Source: Nemertoderma westbladi
Lineage: Eukaryota > Animalia > Xenacoelomorpha
DNA length: 64,000 bases
Assembly (NCBI GenBank): GCA_032718475.1
Contig: JAUCBJ010007309.1
Span: 34,010-98,009 of the forward strand
Direction of reading: 5' to 3'
Shown: positions 13,100 to 26,448 of the stretch, piece by piece
How the letters are laid out: every line of letters starts with the position of its first letter
Numbering within the stretch: position 1 is the first letter of the stretch
Made by a program: the position numbers and the translations under genes
Notes under the pieces: generated by a model
Told to the model about the DNA's origin: nothing
What the model saw: the letters and a program-made list of their open reading frames with translations, nothing else
Databases searched by the model: none

Positions 13100-14570
13100 A
13101 GTAAGGGTCTATGCCTCGATACCAAAAAGTATAAATATTAAATTTAATTATTAATTCCAATACGCATTTCGGGCGTCACACCCGTCTTCAGGGCTATTTA
13201 AAAATGAGAAAAAAGTGGTTGAGCCAAAAGTAAAGGATGTGGTGGGTAGGGGGGGGGGGGGGGATGTCATATTGCAGGGTAAACCTTATTGAGGGGGGTT
13301 TGTAAAAGTTAATGTGCACTGCTTCATGGCATAGTCTGCGTAGTGGTTGTTAACAGTTTTTATTATTGTAACCGTAAGGTTTTCTTCCATCCCGCAGGTA
13401 AGGAAGTGAACCAATAGGATCCTTTCGGGGTGTTCAAATTAAAGTTTACCCGATCGCACATCTCGTATTGTGGTCCGGTGTGCATTCATACGTTTATGTA
13501 TATACTGTTCGGTTTGTCCGACATAATAAAATGATGCTAAGGAGCATTGTCGGCATGCGATGACATATTCGACGCTATGGGATTTGCAATTGAAGGACCT
13601 TTGTAATTCGCTCCCCCCAACGGGTCTTTCGGTGATCAGCTATTGTGGGGCACATGAGGCAACGGCCCCCAGCACTACCGCAAGGTTGATTACCGGGGGG
13701 ACCAGGTGGTGGGGCTTTTCTCAATAGGTGGTTACCAAGGTTTGGATTATTGAGGGGTGCGAGAGATATGGCAACATTTAGGTTGCGTAGCAGCCGGTTG
13801 CAGCGCCTTATTTGTGGGGCGAGGGTGGGATGGAACAGTGGTGCGACGGGTAGGAAAATCCGTTTCGGTTTAGCATCTTTTGTAGTTCGCTTTATCGTTA
13901 AGAATTCGTTCCATTTCGGATATTTTATCTTCTGTACTTAAGATGAGAATGTTGCCAGTTTTGTCACCACGCATTATTTCTATGTTGCATTTGAGTTTAC
14001 GTAGTGCGCTAACTTCGTCCTTAGTCATGTTTGGGCTGTTCAGTTTATTGGTTCGTCGTATATTAATATTTGAAATAACACGATGTAGTTGAGTTATTGT
14101 TTCTTCGACCTCAGGGTTATCAGATTTTGGTGGGAGGTAGCGGGTGTGTTTGTATAGGGGTGCGTCTTTCAAAGTCAGTTGGGGCTGGGGGCCATTTTGC
14201 TGCGGGCTGGTGGGTAGTAGTTCGGGAATAGTGTTAAGGGATGTGTGTCGGTGGGGGTTGGTAGTATTGGTTTTTGAGCGGGTCCGTGATGCGGGTGTGT
14301 CGGGGTTAAGTGTTGGTTGTGTATTATTATGCGGGTTATTTGGTGTATGGGTGGGTTATATTGGGGGGTGTGATATGTTGAGTGGTTGAGGTATAGGGGC
14401 AGCAAAGTGTGGGGGGTGTTGGGGCAAGGGGAGGGCGTGCCTGGGGTGCTGGTATGGTGGGAGGGAGTACTATGGTATGTTGGGGTGCTATGATGCGAAG
14501 TTCTTCCTGTGGGCTTGTGGGGCTTAGGATGTGTGTTGCGGATGGGGCTGCTGTGGCGGGGGTTCGATTG
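13100..14570 (-). mobile_element. Degenerate Penelope-like retroelement (GIY-YIG endonuclease; RT core deleted)
   Basis: Minus-strand translation shows the pre-RT DKG-like region NMTKDEVSALRKLKCNIEIMRGDKTGNILIL, the Zn linker GNQPCGSAGGRCLMCP, and GIY-YIG FNCKSHSVEYVIACRQC...YYVGQTEQYIHKRMNAHR. Contains frameshifts and stops. Confidence 0.85.
13157..13193 (-). ncRNA. Minimal hammerhead ribozyme-like motif at the 3' end of the Penelope element
   Basis: CC-CUGAAGA-C-GGGUG(UGA)CGCCC-GAAA-UGCGUAU-U-GG. Core and stem II are present, stem III is quasi-palindromic, stem I is only 2 bp. Confidence 0.6.
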
Positions 14571-14573
14571 GAA

Positions 14574-16030
14574 TATAACTATTTACATCATTGTGTGCAA
14601 AGTAGCACTTTGCAGCGTTATGACCCGAGTTTATTTATGTACCGAGCGAGCACAGCGATGAGGGAGGTTTACATAAATAAACAAGGGTCTTTAACGCTGA
14701 AAAGTGCTACTTTGCACACCATGATGTAAATAGTTATAACATTAACATCTTCACATTATAGTTAACTTATCACAAAACTTTGAACAGTTTTTTTTGTAAA
14801 ATGCAACATAATAATTTTGTAACTTTCCCCTACCGATACGGCTTACTGAAAATTAAACATATTCACCAACTGGCCAATAACCAATCATAACCAAGTTACA
14901 TATAAGTTCAAGAAAGAAGAAAGTGCTAAGCTAGTGAGCTGTACTGTAACAGGAGCAGCCCATATATGATTGGTCCGAACACATTGATTCAAATACGATA
15001 CTGTAGGCAAATATTATAGCTATCGTTATCGTATGCATACCAACCCAACACGGACTTTAGTTTAACCCATTTTGTTAGACCTACTGGTTGCAGCCTGCAG
15101 TTGATAAATTTTAATCAATTTGGTAATGCCCAAGGCCTACTACTGTAGATGCTAGAAGAGTCTTCTACTGTAGTACCGATAATGTAGTAGGTCTTGGCCA
15201 GACTGGAATCTCTATGTGTTGCACGCCGGAGGTGCGCTGGGCGTAGAATAATTTGCGCCAACCGACACTGAATTTACGCCAACCAAAAAAATATGTTCCT
15301 ACAGTAGAAGGCTACAGTACAGTAAAACGTGTTCACAATGAACTGAAGAACGTTTAAAAACTAATATTAATTACGAATTATATCATTTAGAATTGATTTA
15401 TTAAGTTAATAATTTATACACGGGCGAATATAAAATCTAAGTAATTTTGTTACATTACAGATGTCAACTTATCAGCGTTCGGTATGTGGTGGAAGGATTT
15501 TATGGTTGCTCAGTTATACATTTTAGTCATGTACTATATTCGAATATAAGTGAAATTTATTAACAGGTACACAGTATTAATTAAACATTATGTAATTAAA
15601 GTTTATTGGCAGTTACCACCTGCTTGGATGTGATAAATCATTAATCCATCTTAAACTATTATAGTCGACTGAAGCAAACTTAGTCAGCGTCTGTGTCCGT
15701 TCAGTTTTACTGAACACTGTGGCCATTTTCTTTGGTCATTTTAGTGTTTTCTATTGGACGTTTCGCCATAATGGATTACAGTACACGTTAAACAATTATT
15801 TACATTCAGTAGCAGTGGCTAGTCCCGTCACTGCAAACTGGATAATAAAGCAGCTCTATAAATAGAAATAATACATTCTGGAATACGGTAATTGAAGTTG
15901 TTTCCATGTCAATTATTACTTTGCAACGTTCCGTCCTATAGGCCGCAACGCTGCAAGTGCAAGATAGTACTTTGCAGCGTTACGAGTAATTCACCAGAAC
16001 GCTGTTAAGTTGACATAATGTAACAAAATA
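14574..16030 (+). mobile_element. Hairpin-ended non-autonomous element (Crypton-like by inference)
   Basis: 165-bp near-perfect palindrome at 14574-14738 with a CGAGCGAG-type centre. Its TACTTTGCAGCGTTA arm recurs at ~15915-15985. Related hairpins at 56455 and 62570. Confidence 0.5.
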
Positions 16031-16866
16031 TATATGTGTTAAATACTGTATATGTGATAATGTTAAATACAGTATAATGTGAAGAATACCAGGTTTTCAC
16101 TTTTCTGTCAAAAATTGATTGAAATGTTGTATACATCATTCGAAGTGTCATATTTATGTAGTACATTACAGTATATTCATTAATGATTTCATAATTATAT
16201 ACGAGGGCAAAGTATTGATTAGGGTAGGGAATATCACATTTCTTAAAATAAGGTGAAACTATTGCATTGTGATTATAAATAAGTCCATGTATGTAGATTT
16301 GAAGCATTTTGGGTATCTGAATGATATAATGCAGATGTTATATGATATGATGCAGTAATTTTGCTTTTGCTTTACCTGCAAATTTATATTATGCAAGATA
16401 CTGTATATAGATAGTAGTAGGTATAACACATGTGTGGGAATTGTAGGATTTGGCCTCTTGATGACATAATATGCTGGTTATACAGATCTATTGTGTATTG
16501 TGGAAAGTGAAAATATTAATTCCTACTCCAATAGTTAATGACTAGGCCTACTGCGCTGTACTGTATGTATGTTTGGTTTTTCCTCAGATGTGTTTGTGAT
16601 GTACGAATTAATAAAGCATTTTGTCTACTCACTGATTCGAGTGACTAAAGTGAACTGAGAGCCCCATATTACTTTATATTTAACTCCATGTTGCCCCATG
16701 TATAATTTTTCTCAAAATTTTTATTCTGACATTGTTTATCTTCCCTCTTTCATGCATATTACTTATGTGTGCACTGTATGCATGTATAATAACCTCCCCT
16801 GTCAATTCCATTATTTTAATTTAATTTTTCCATAGACAGAGATTTCAAGGAAATCTAGAGGAAATC

Positions 16867-17047
16867 TGTTATATCCATATAAAAGCATAATAATCTATAG
16901 ATATGATATATATTGCTCTATACATTGTGCAGTCGTACCAGTGTACACAAGTACTGCAGTGTACTGCCGTACTGTAGTGTATATGTGCATACCGGTAATC
17001 CTAATCCTATATCATAGGCCATGGCCTAAGTAATACTGGACACGACA
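16867..17047 (-). repeat. 3' LTR (181 bp)
   Basis: Direct repeat of 22170-22369; adjacent PPT. Confidence 0.93.
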
Positions 17048-17272
17048 TCACTTCCTCCAACAAGTAATTAAAACAACAAGAGAAATAATAGGTATTGATG
17101 TACTTATGACTTACTGGTTAATTTCACATACGGCTTAATATCACATTATCACATACCACCAAACAAATTAGTTAGTAATAGATTGTCCTAGTTAAGCGTT
17201 TGTCAGGCTTTAATCAATGTTATAAATGTTTCTATGAATGTTCTATATTACTGTTTCAAAATTGTTTCAATC

Positions 17273-20200
17273 TTAATAACGAATATATGGTCCCAAGTCT
17301 CTAGGTTTTCGTTGTCGTGATGGTCTAGAGTTTTCTACTTGTCCCTGCAGTAATTCATGTTCATCATTGCAGTTACCGTCTGGTTCGGCTTGGGGCATCG
17401 GTCTGGAATCAACATCATCGTCTAAATCTTCCCCTATGTCTTTATTGTACAAATCCTCAGAGGACGCATCACTTTTCTCATTGGTCTTGCTGGAGTGGTA
17501 GTGTTTCATATGGGTTGGATTTCGTTGCAGTGTAGACCCATGTTTTCCTTGTAGTATCATGGATTCTCCCTTCCGGCCAATTATTGTATATGGTGAGGGG
17601 AGCCATGTAGTTGAATATCCCTTTTCTACTCGGTTAAATCTGCGAATAAGGACAATATCCCCAACTTCAAAATCTCTTTCCTTAGCATGGCGTCGATTAT
17701 CTGTATATTCTTTCATTCTCCTCTTATATTTCTGATCACGTTGTTGAACTGCTACATTGATATCTGGATTTGGTGTTAAAGCTTGGTTTGATAGCAATGC
17801 AGGGAGTTTTGTTTTTAATGTTCGATGGAACATTAATTCAGCGGGTGAGAATCCAGTGGCAGGATGAGGTGTAGATCTATAGTTGAGTAGGAATGTCTGG
17901 AGATTGGTTTGCCAACTCTTATCTTCAACGTGGCAACTCTCTATGAATTTTCCCAGTGGCTGGTTAAGCCGTTCAATTTCCCCATTGGCGGAAGGGAATC
18001 GTGGGCTGATCAAATGTACTTTTATGTCTCTTTGTTTACAATACCGTCCGAATTCCTGTGAGCGAAAAGCAGGCCCATTATCAGTTATGATATCTTTTGG
18101 AAACCCAAATATACTGAAAGTTCTTTCACACGCCTCTATCACATGTTTCGCATTTTCTGAATTCATAGGGATAACAATAGGATAATGAGATCTGTAGCAA
18201 ATCATAGTTAATATATGTTTATGATCAACAGGGCCTAGAAAATCCATTCCTATCTTTGACCATGTTTCATTGGGAATGACTGTGGGTTTCAGTGGTGAGG
18301 GTTTTGCAGGTTTGCCTGTAGCTTGGCATGGTAAACACCTTGTTATATAATTTTCTGTATCCTTGTTTAAATTGGGTCACCATACCGTTTCCCGTAGGAG
18401 TTGTTTGGTACGTGTCATGCCTTGATGACCTTCATGGGCTATCTCAATACAGAGGTCACGTAATAGCTGGGGTATAACGATTCTCTTCCCCCGTAATATT
18501 ATATTATCGTGGGTGATGCTGAACTCATGTCGATCTGAGTAATATGGCTTCAACACATCTTTGTCTTTGTCCCATGCATCATTCATAATAGCGGAATGCA
18601 GAATAATCAAAGAAGTGTCCTTCATAGTATGTTCAATTATTGTTTCAAGGTTCAGATTAAATGGTAAATTGCTTTGGATTATTGCTCTGACATACTGTTC
18701 TGTATGTTTTCCCTTCTGTGGGCATGAACCTTCTGGTGTTTGGCGCGATAATATGTCTGCATAGTTGTCCTTGCCTTGGATATAAGATAACTTATAATTA
18801 TATTCCCCTTGTATTTTCAGCAACATGCGTTCTATGCGAGGTGTTGGGTTACCGTTGGGTGCGAAAATTCGCAATAGTGGTTTATGGTATGTTTGTATGT
18901 TAACTGGTTGTGGTGCTCCACGAAGATAGATGTTATATCGCTGCAATGCCCAAGTTATTCCCAGTGCCTCTCTTTCTGTTTGGCTATATCGACTTTCAGT
19001 TTCTGAAAGAGACCGATGGGCAAAAGCAACTGGCTGATCAAGTCCTGATGGTTGGGTCTGGCTCAGAATTGCACTAATTGCTGTGGGTGATGCATCAGTG
19101 GTGAGTGTTGTAGGAAGATCACGTTTGAAATATGCCAATGTTCTAGGATTTGATATTTCTTCAATCAGCGTCTTCCAAGCTATGAGGGCTTCATCCGACA
19201 TTTCGAACACTTTGTTCTTTGCAAGTAGACTCTGAAGAGGTGCTTTAAGAATGGCATAATTTGGGATGAAAGGTGACAACCACCCAAGCAATCCAAGACT
19301 GGACTTTAGTTCATTCTTGGTAGTTGGAATTTTTAGGTTTTTTACTGCCTCAATTTTCTTCTCACAGGGTGTCAGCCCCGTGTTTGTAAGTAGATGCCCC
19401 AGGAATTCAACGCTTGTCTGCAAAAATACACACTTTGATCGTTTTAATTTTATGTTTCGTTCTTTGCATCTTGCTAACACTTGCTGCAGACGGTTTAAAT
19501 GTTGCTGCTTCCCATAACCCCACACAATTATGTCATCACTGGCATTTCTTGTTCCATCAATCCCTTGTATGGAACGTTCCAACTCACGATGGAAAATTTC
19601 TCCACTGGTTGATACACCCATAACCAGAGTAGTATAACGTTTCATTCCTTTGTGAGTGGCAAATGTTGTAAGTGGTCGTGAATCAGGATGTAAACCAATT
19701 TGATGGTACCCACGATCACAATCTAAATGTGAGTAATATAAAGTCAAGTCATCAGTCATATTGGATGGATTAGGAGGTTCTTCCAAGGCAATTTGATCAA
19801 CAATTTCTTCGAGTGTCGGTATCGGATGCCGTTCGCGTACTAGATGTTTATTAAGTTCCCGGGCATCAAGTGTAATCCGAACTACGGGAAGGTTTTCATC
19901 ATCTGTGCGGTTGGGTTTAATTTGAAGTACCATTCTTGAAACCCATGGGGTAGGACCAGTGGCAGTTTCAATCATATTAGCCTCCTCCTGGATGGAAAGT
20001 TCTTTTTCACACGGGCGGCGGAGATGAAATGGAATACGTGATGCACGTACTGCGACAGGGTCTGCATCTTCTCTGAGGTGTAATTTCACTTGTATTGGGG
20101 TGCCATTTTCGTCACACATGAGACCTGTGGCTGAGAAAACATCGGAATATTTTGATATAATATTGTCCAGATGTGATGTGTCCAATGTTTTGTGAGTTTT

Positions 20201-21610
20201 GCATTCTAATAATTGTCGCACTCCTATCTTCATTCCTCTTTCTTTCACACTAGGTGGGCCAACCCGTAGCAAATCCAAAGCTGTGGCAGATTTGTATCCT
20301 AATAGAGATAAGTCTTGTGTACTAACAACAATAAACTTTACCTTAGCTGCTTGCCCACAGGCTTCCACTGTTGCTCGCACTTTTCCAACGATTTTTAGCG
20401 GAGTTTTTGAATTGTATGGATATATGATACTTTTAGTGGGTGTTAGATTCATGTATTCACCATGTTGTTGTAGTGTTTTGTATGCAGAATATGTGAAGAT
20501 ATTACATTCTGCTCCAGAATCAATCAGTATAGGGATGCTTGTATTGTTGATATTTACATTGTAACAAGGACCCGCAGTAGAAATCTTATGAATTTTGTGT
20601 TCCTTAAATAGAGCATTGATGCATAAATCACCATACTCATCAGATGATGTGCTTTCTTCGCTGTAAATCGTTTCAGTTTCTTCATTGTCGTCGACTAATT
20701 GTCGTAAGTTTCGTTTAGTTTTCATACATACTCCTTTCATGTGTCCTATTCCACCACATGCATTACAGATGATTTTTGCTGATATTCGACAATCAGGAAC
20801 TTTGTGATCTGTATTCCCACATCGGTAACAATGTGTATATTGGGGTGTGCTGACAGAATTTGCAGTTGGCGGCTTGTTCTGGTATTTATAATTTACCGTT
20901 TTTCGCTGCCATTGCTGTTCAGTATTTGCTTTTGGCCTTGAATATCGGTTTTTAAATTTAGCTATTTTATTAACTTCAAGGTCATCAATGTCGTCACTTT
21001 GTCCCACTAGTTTTGTAGATCGTGCGAACTCTTCAATATCTAGTGCTTGTTTAGATGTCTGTTCTAGCGTTTGAGCAATTTGAATACATCATGTTAGTGT
21101 ACAAGCTGCAGCGTCTTCCTCTGCCACTCGAAGAAATCGTTGTAATAATTTCTTGGATCGACATCCTGCTACAGCGCGGTCACGCATATTTCGCTCTAAA
21201 GCATTGCCAAAATTACAATACTTGGCCTGTTTCCGAAGTCGTGCTATATATGAGCTGAATAACTCATTTGGCTCTCGTGTTAGTGAGTTAAACCTGAATG
21301 TTGAAAATACTTCATTTTCTCTTTTGCCGAATTCATTATTTAGTGATGTACGTGCTACTGTGTAGACATTTTCATTAGTGTCAGGCACAGGTTGTGGAAT
21401 AGTCAATGTAACAAAGCGGTCCTGTACCTCTTCACCAGATATATGTAGAAGAATGCTTTTCATTTGTTCAGGGTCTTTGACACCCAGTGCAGACAAATAT
21501 ATGTCGAAAGTGTTTAGCCACTTTTCCCAGCGAGGGGTTACGGAACTAACATCATATGAAATTTTAAATGGTTCTGGTGCACGTCGGGAGATATGTCTGG
21601 CTTCGGCCAT
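17273..21610 (-). pseudogene. Gypsy gag-pol single frame interrupted by two in-frame TGA codons
   Basis: ORFs 21089..21610, 18377..21007 and 17273..18247 are in one frame, with stops at 21089-91 and 18377-79. Two CCHC knuckles, protease LIDSGA, RT ASDD, RNase H TDAS (TDHKPL altered to TYHKPL), integrase HEGH..C..C and ITDNG...GEIER. Confidence 0.9.
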
Positions 21611-22169
21611 CCCTTAACACTGTAACGTGTACCGATACTGTGATTTTGTAATAACTTATATCTCAGTATTTATCTTAACTACGAACTGTCAGAAGCGGCC
21701 TACAGTATTGCTATTACTGTATTGGCTTTGGCTCCTATTTTATGTCGAGAACAATTCCTGTAATCATGGAACTGCTATAATATAATATGCATGCTAGGTT
21801 AGGCTGCTAGGCCTAGGTTGTTAATATGAAAATTTTACAACTGTACTGTTGTATATTGTAAGCGCTGTAAGCTGTAAGCGATTGTAGGTTAATAAATACC
21901 GGTAGTCTGGTAGTTGTGGGTTAATAATACCGGCAGTTGTACAACTGTAATGTTGTACCAAATAGGTAGGCCTATACTTGTAAGCAAATGGCCTGAGTTT
22001 TCTCTGTACCGGTGCCAGAATCTTTTATCACTAAATCCAGAGTCACCAGATCAGTTTCTCCTTTCGCAGTACTGGTAAGCCTAAATCTGTAAATGGCGTA
22101 AGCCAGTAAGAAGCTTAAGTCTGTAGGTAGAAATGTCACCACCACGTGGATCGACCGACTCGTCGCCAA

Positions 22170-22369
22170 TGTTATATCCATATAAAAGCATAATAATCTA
22201 TAGATATGATATATATTGCTCTATACATTGTGCAGTCGTACCAGTGTACACAAGTACTGCAGTGTACTGCCGTACTGATATAGTACTGTAGTATATATGT
22301 GCATACCGGTAATCCTAATCCTATATCTGTATATCATAGGCCATGGCCTAAGTAATACTGGACACGACA
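22170..22369 (-). repeat. 5' LTR (200 bp)
   Basis: Near-identical to the 3' LTR apart from 11-bp and 8-bp insertions; followed on the minus strand by the PBS. Confidence 0.93.
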
Positions 22370-24309
22370 AAATCCAGCAAAATCAGAATCACAAGAGGGA
22401 GCCCAAAGTCTCCTCTGCTGATTTGAGCAGGTTTCTTTCTAGTGTTGGTCTATTTGTAAACTCCAAGAAGACCAAAATCATGACAGTGAACCTAGATAGC
22501 CCTCAAGAACTGTCTGATCGTAAAGGGCATAAAGCTCTATGGACGGCTTGCTTGAGCACGTGGATGACTTCTGCTACTTCGGATCATGGATCAGAAAGTC
22601 AGGTGAAGACCTTCAGATACGTAAAAGGGGGAGGCATGGGCAGCGTTAAATAGTCTGTCCAGGATTTGGAAGTTTCATAGAATAAAACGGAACCTTAAGG
22701 TTCGATTACTTATGGCTGTACAGTCCCTGCTAACCAGACACGCTACACGCTATTATACCAAACGTTTGTTTATATGCTTGAATCATGTTGACATGTTTTT
22801 TTTCTAAACTTGTTTTAATCAACATGTTATTTTAACATCTAAATAACATAATATCCAATCATGTTATAATCAAACATTTGTTGATCACGTTTTAATGATA
22901 CCTAAATGTAACATGTTTTATCATGTAATTATTTAACATTTGTTTTACATGTTATTGTGTAACATAAATCATACATGTTTATTCCAGCTGTTTGTTAAAT
23001 GCTACTTTGTCGTGTTGAACAAACGTCCTGCACATCATTGCCAATATGTCTTAAGGCTGTTTGAATAAACCGCCTAAAATTTACCGCCAAATTCGTTTAT
23101 AGGCCTATAAATCATGCAGCAGTGCATGCAGTACATCAGTCAGTCAGTAGACACTCCACTGCCTGCCCCAGCCTACCAGCACCCTCTCCATGCACTCCAG
23201 CCACATTCTGAGAGCTTGACAGTAGTGCTGCAGTGTGTAGGCCAGCTGTTTACTGGTTTAAGTGCTGCAATAGGGTTGACCATACTGCCATATGTTTGTT
23301 TACTGCCGTATGCCTATATTAACTGTTTAAGTTATTTTAGTCAAGGTGGTGAACAATACTGCTATACCGGTACCATTATTTATCTGATTTTAGGCTTGTT
23401 TGGCTAGTGTCGTTCAAACGTACAATACCTGTTACCGGTACGTTGGAAAGAATTTTCGAATCCAGATCTTCTGTCAACTGTCAAGTTGGCCCACATTTAA
23501 TGCGAAGGTTCTTCACTTAACAGGTTTGTATTGAACTTGAATAGGCTTCTTACACATCGTTATTTCAGTGATTCAAGTGATTAAAATCCTAATCCTGTAA
23601 TCTATTTGGATCAAATAGAGGGAAAAAGCGCCGGCGGCCGGAAGTAAATTACACATGCGGTCCCAGGCAGCCAGCTAAAGATACGCATCAGATTCTGGCG
23701 ATGAGGTTATTATTTTACTTACTACTAGGCCTTGCTGTTAGGTTTGGCCCACTTGGTACTTTGGGCCGTTTATAAATCGTCAGAGCGTGCATATGTATAC
23801 TGTAATTTAAAATAAAACATGCCTTACTCTGGCTATCTATGGTAGGTAAGTAAATGTTTGCTTTATTTTTTACTCATTTCCTCTTTATAAACCAGTCCCC
23901 AGTGCAGTGGCAATGTGAAACAGTCTGTGATGGGTTGTGGTGACTTGTGCACGTTGATCTAATTGCTCCAATGCTACATATGTATATATATTATTATCAT
24001 TTTAGGTGGAATATATGAGCGACAATGAATCCAATCATGTTTCCAATACGATACTCACACTGATTACCCAGACAACTAACAATACGTTGATCATTGATAC
24101 TCAGAGGTGAAGCCTCTCCCTCTATCTACAACCTAACCCTATTCTAAGACAACACTAAACTCTAGACTTACCTAACCAAACCCTTTCACTAAGCTACCAC
24201 TATATATCCCATGGCGATATTTTCTCGAAATATTTTTCCAGTCTCGATGTTTTATATATCGAGACGCTTTTTTATACTTTTGGAAGCAGAGACAGAAGTT
24301 GGGCGAGAC

Positions 24310-25632
24310 AGAAGTCACAGCCACTCAATGCAATGTCACAACCACTCAATGCTATGTCACAGCCGCTCAATGCTATGTCACAGCCGCTCAATGCTATGTC
24401 ACAGCCACTCAAAGCTATGTCACAGACACTCAACGCTATGTCACAGCCACTCAACGCTATCTCACAGGCGCTCAATGCCATGTCACAGCCACTCAATGCA
24501 ATGTCACAACCACTCAATGCTATGTCACAGCCGCTCAATGCTATGTCACAGCCGCTCAATGCTATGTCATACCCACTCAACGCTATGCCACAGCCACCCA
24601 ACGCTATGTCACAGCCACAGCCACTCAACGCTATCTCACAGGCGCTCAATGCCATGTCACAGCCACTCAACGCTATGTCACAACCACGCAATGCTATGCC
24701 ACAGCCACCCAACGCTATGTCACAGCCACTCAACGCTATGTCACAGACACTCAACGCTATGTCACAGCCACTCAACGTATTGTCACAGCCACCCAACGCT
24801 TTGTCACAACAACCACTCAACCGCTATGCCACACTGCCACAGCCACCCAACGCTATGTCACATCACAACCACCCAACGCTATGTCACAGCCGCCCAATGC
24901 TATGTCACATCCACTCAATGCTTTGTCACAGCCACTCAACGCTATGTCACAGTTACTCAACGCTATGTCACAGTTACTCAACGCTATGTCACAGCCACTC
25001 AACGCTATGTCACAGCCAATCAACGCTAGCCACCCAACGTTATGTCACAGCCAATCAACGCTATGTCACAGCCACTCAATGCTATGCCACAGTCACCCAA
25101 CGCTATGTCACAGCCGCCCAATGCTATGTCACAGCCGCTCAACGCTATGCCACAGCCACCCAACGCTATGTCACATCACAACCACCCAACGCTATGTCAC
25201 AGCCGCTCAATGCTATGTCACAGCCGCTCAATGCTATGTCACAGCCACTCAAAGCTATGTCACAGCCACACAACGCTATGTCACAGCCAATCAACGCTAT
25301 GTCACAGCCACTCAATGCTATGCCACAGCCACCCAACGCTATGTCACAGCCGTTCAATGCTATGTCACAGCCGATCAATGCGTCATACCGCTCAATGCTT
25401 TGTCACAGCCACTCAAAGCTATGTCACAGCCACTCAACGCTATGTCACAGTTACTCAACGCTATGTCACAGCCACTCAACGCTATGCCACAGCCACTCAA
25501 TTCTATGCCACAGCCACCCAACGCTATGTCACAGTCACCCAACGCTGGCCACCCATCGCTGGCCACCCAACGCTGTGTCACAGTCACCCAACGCTGGCCA
25601 CCCAACGCTATGTCACAGCGACAGCCACTCAA
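24310..25632. repeat. 21-bp minisatellite (~60 units)
   Basis: Unit CACTCAACGCTATGTCACAGC; accounts for the repetitive ORFs in several frames on both strands. Confidence 0.95.
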
Positions 25633-25859
25633 CAATTCCCCATTTATTTTTATTTAGGTTTACATCTTGTAGATACCGGTAATGAATGACACGAATAGCC
25701 AACGAAGATATTAATGAAATAACATTTCTTTAACAGATATTTATTGCAGATGATGAAGTCTTAGTTTAATATAGTCCTAGTCCGAGCCTTATATTTTTTT
25801 AACACAAATAAATTAATTTTCCAGATCCAAGATACGGGAAAGTTATTCCACTTTGCTAG

Positions 25860-26067
25860 CGACGGATATCCTTGGTGGAACGGACTCCGGATTCAGTGAT
25901 ATCGACGGATCCTTGCCGGAACGGACTCCGGATTCAGTGATATCGACGGATCCTTGGCGGAACGGACTCCGGATTCAGTGATATCGACGGATCCTTGGCG
26001 GAACGGACTCCGGATTCAGTGATATCGACGGATCCTTGGCGGAACGGACTCCGGATTCAGTGATATC
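25860..26067. repeat. 41-bp tandem repeat (~5 units)
   Basis: GACGGATCCTTGGCGGAACGGACTCCGGATTCAGTGATATC. Confidence 0.95.
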
Positions 26068-26222
26068 GCTGTGGCTGAAACTGAATGATCAATGTAACTG
26101 AAAACTCCCCGTAACGTCCCAACATTGTTGTTTTAATTGTAATTTGTTTTATCGTAAATGTTAATTGTTGTCTATTTTACAATGTATTGCCCCGTGTGGG
26201 TGGGGGGGGGGGGGGGGGGGGG

Positions 26223-26448
26223 GGGGAAACTGGACGCAATAAAACTGCATCCCTCTCCAGGGGAAATTCGACGCAAATAACAGATGATTTCTCTCAAAAA
26301 TAAAACTGTAACCTGTTCTATTGTGTTTAGTTAATTGTTTTGGTTAAAATAATGTGCCACTGTAACCTGCTCCTTTCCCTAAATTGAGAATTTAACATTG
26401 AGGCGGGATATTAATTCGCCAAGATGAGATTTGCGTCCAGTTTCCCCC
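26223..26448 (+). mobile_element. MITE with 17-bp TIRs
   Basis: GGGGAAACTGGACGCAA ... TTGCGTCCAGTTTCCCC; second copy at ~2250-2480. Confidence 0.7.

Larger units (their letters stand above)
16867..22369 (-). mobile_element. Full-length Ty3/Gypsy (Mag-like) LTR retrotransposon
   Basis: TG...CA LTRs at 16867-17047 and 22170-22369; 5-bp TSD AAATC; PBS TGGCGACGAG (complementary to the tRNA-Ser(GCU) 3' end); PPT GGAGGAAGTGA. Domain order gag-PR-RT-RH-IN. Confidence 0.95.

Noticed and set aside
18377-21091. Programmed readthrough at the Gypsy TGA codons
   Set aside because: The stops fall inside Gag and inside the integrase zinc finger (WW to W*), not at a gag/pol boundary; simple nonsense mutations are more likely.
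24211-25689. Long His/Cys- or Gln/Pro-rich ORFs
   Set aside because: Open in several frames on both strands because the 21-bp unit has few stops; lies within a transposon.
26200-26226. Poly-G/poly-C runs as functional G-quadruplex elements
   Set aside because: They recur as homopolymers within or beside MITEs and their lengths are error-prone; no independent support.
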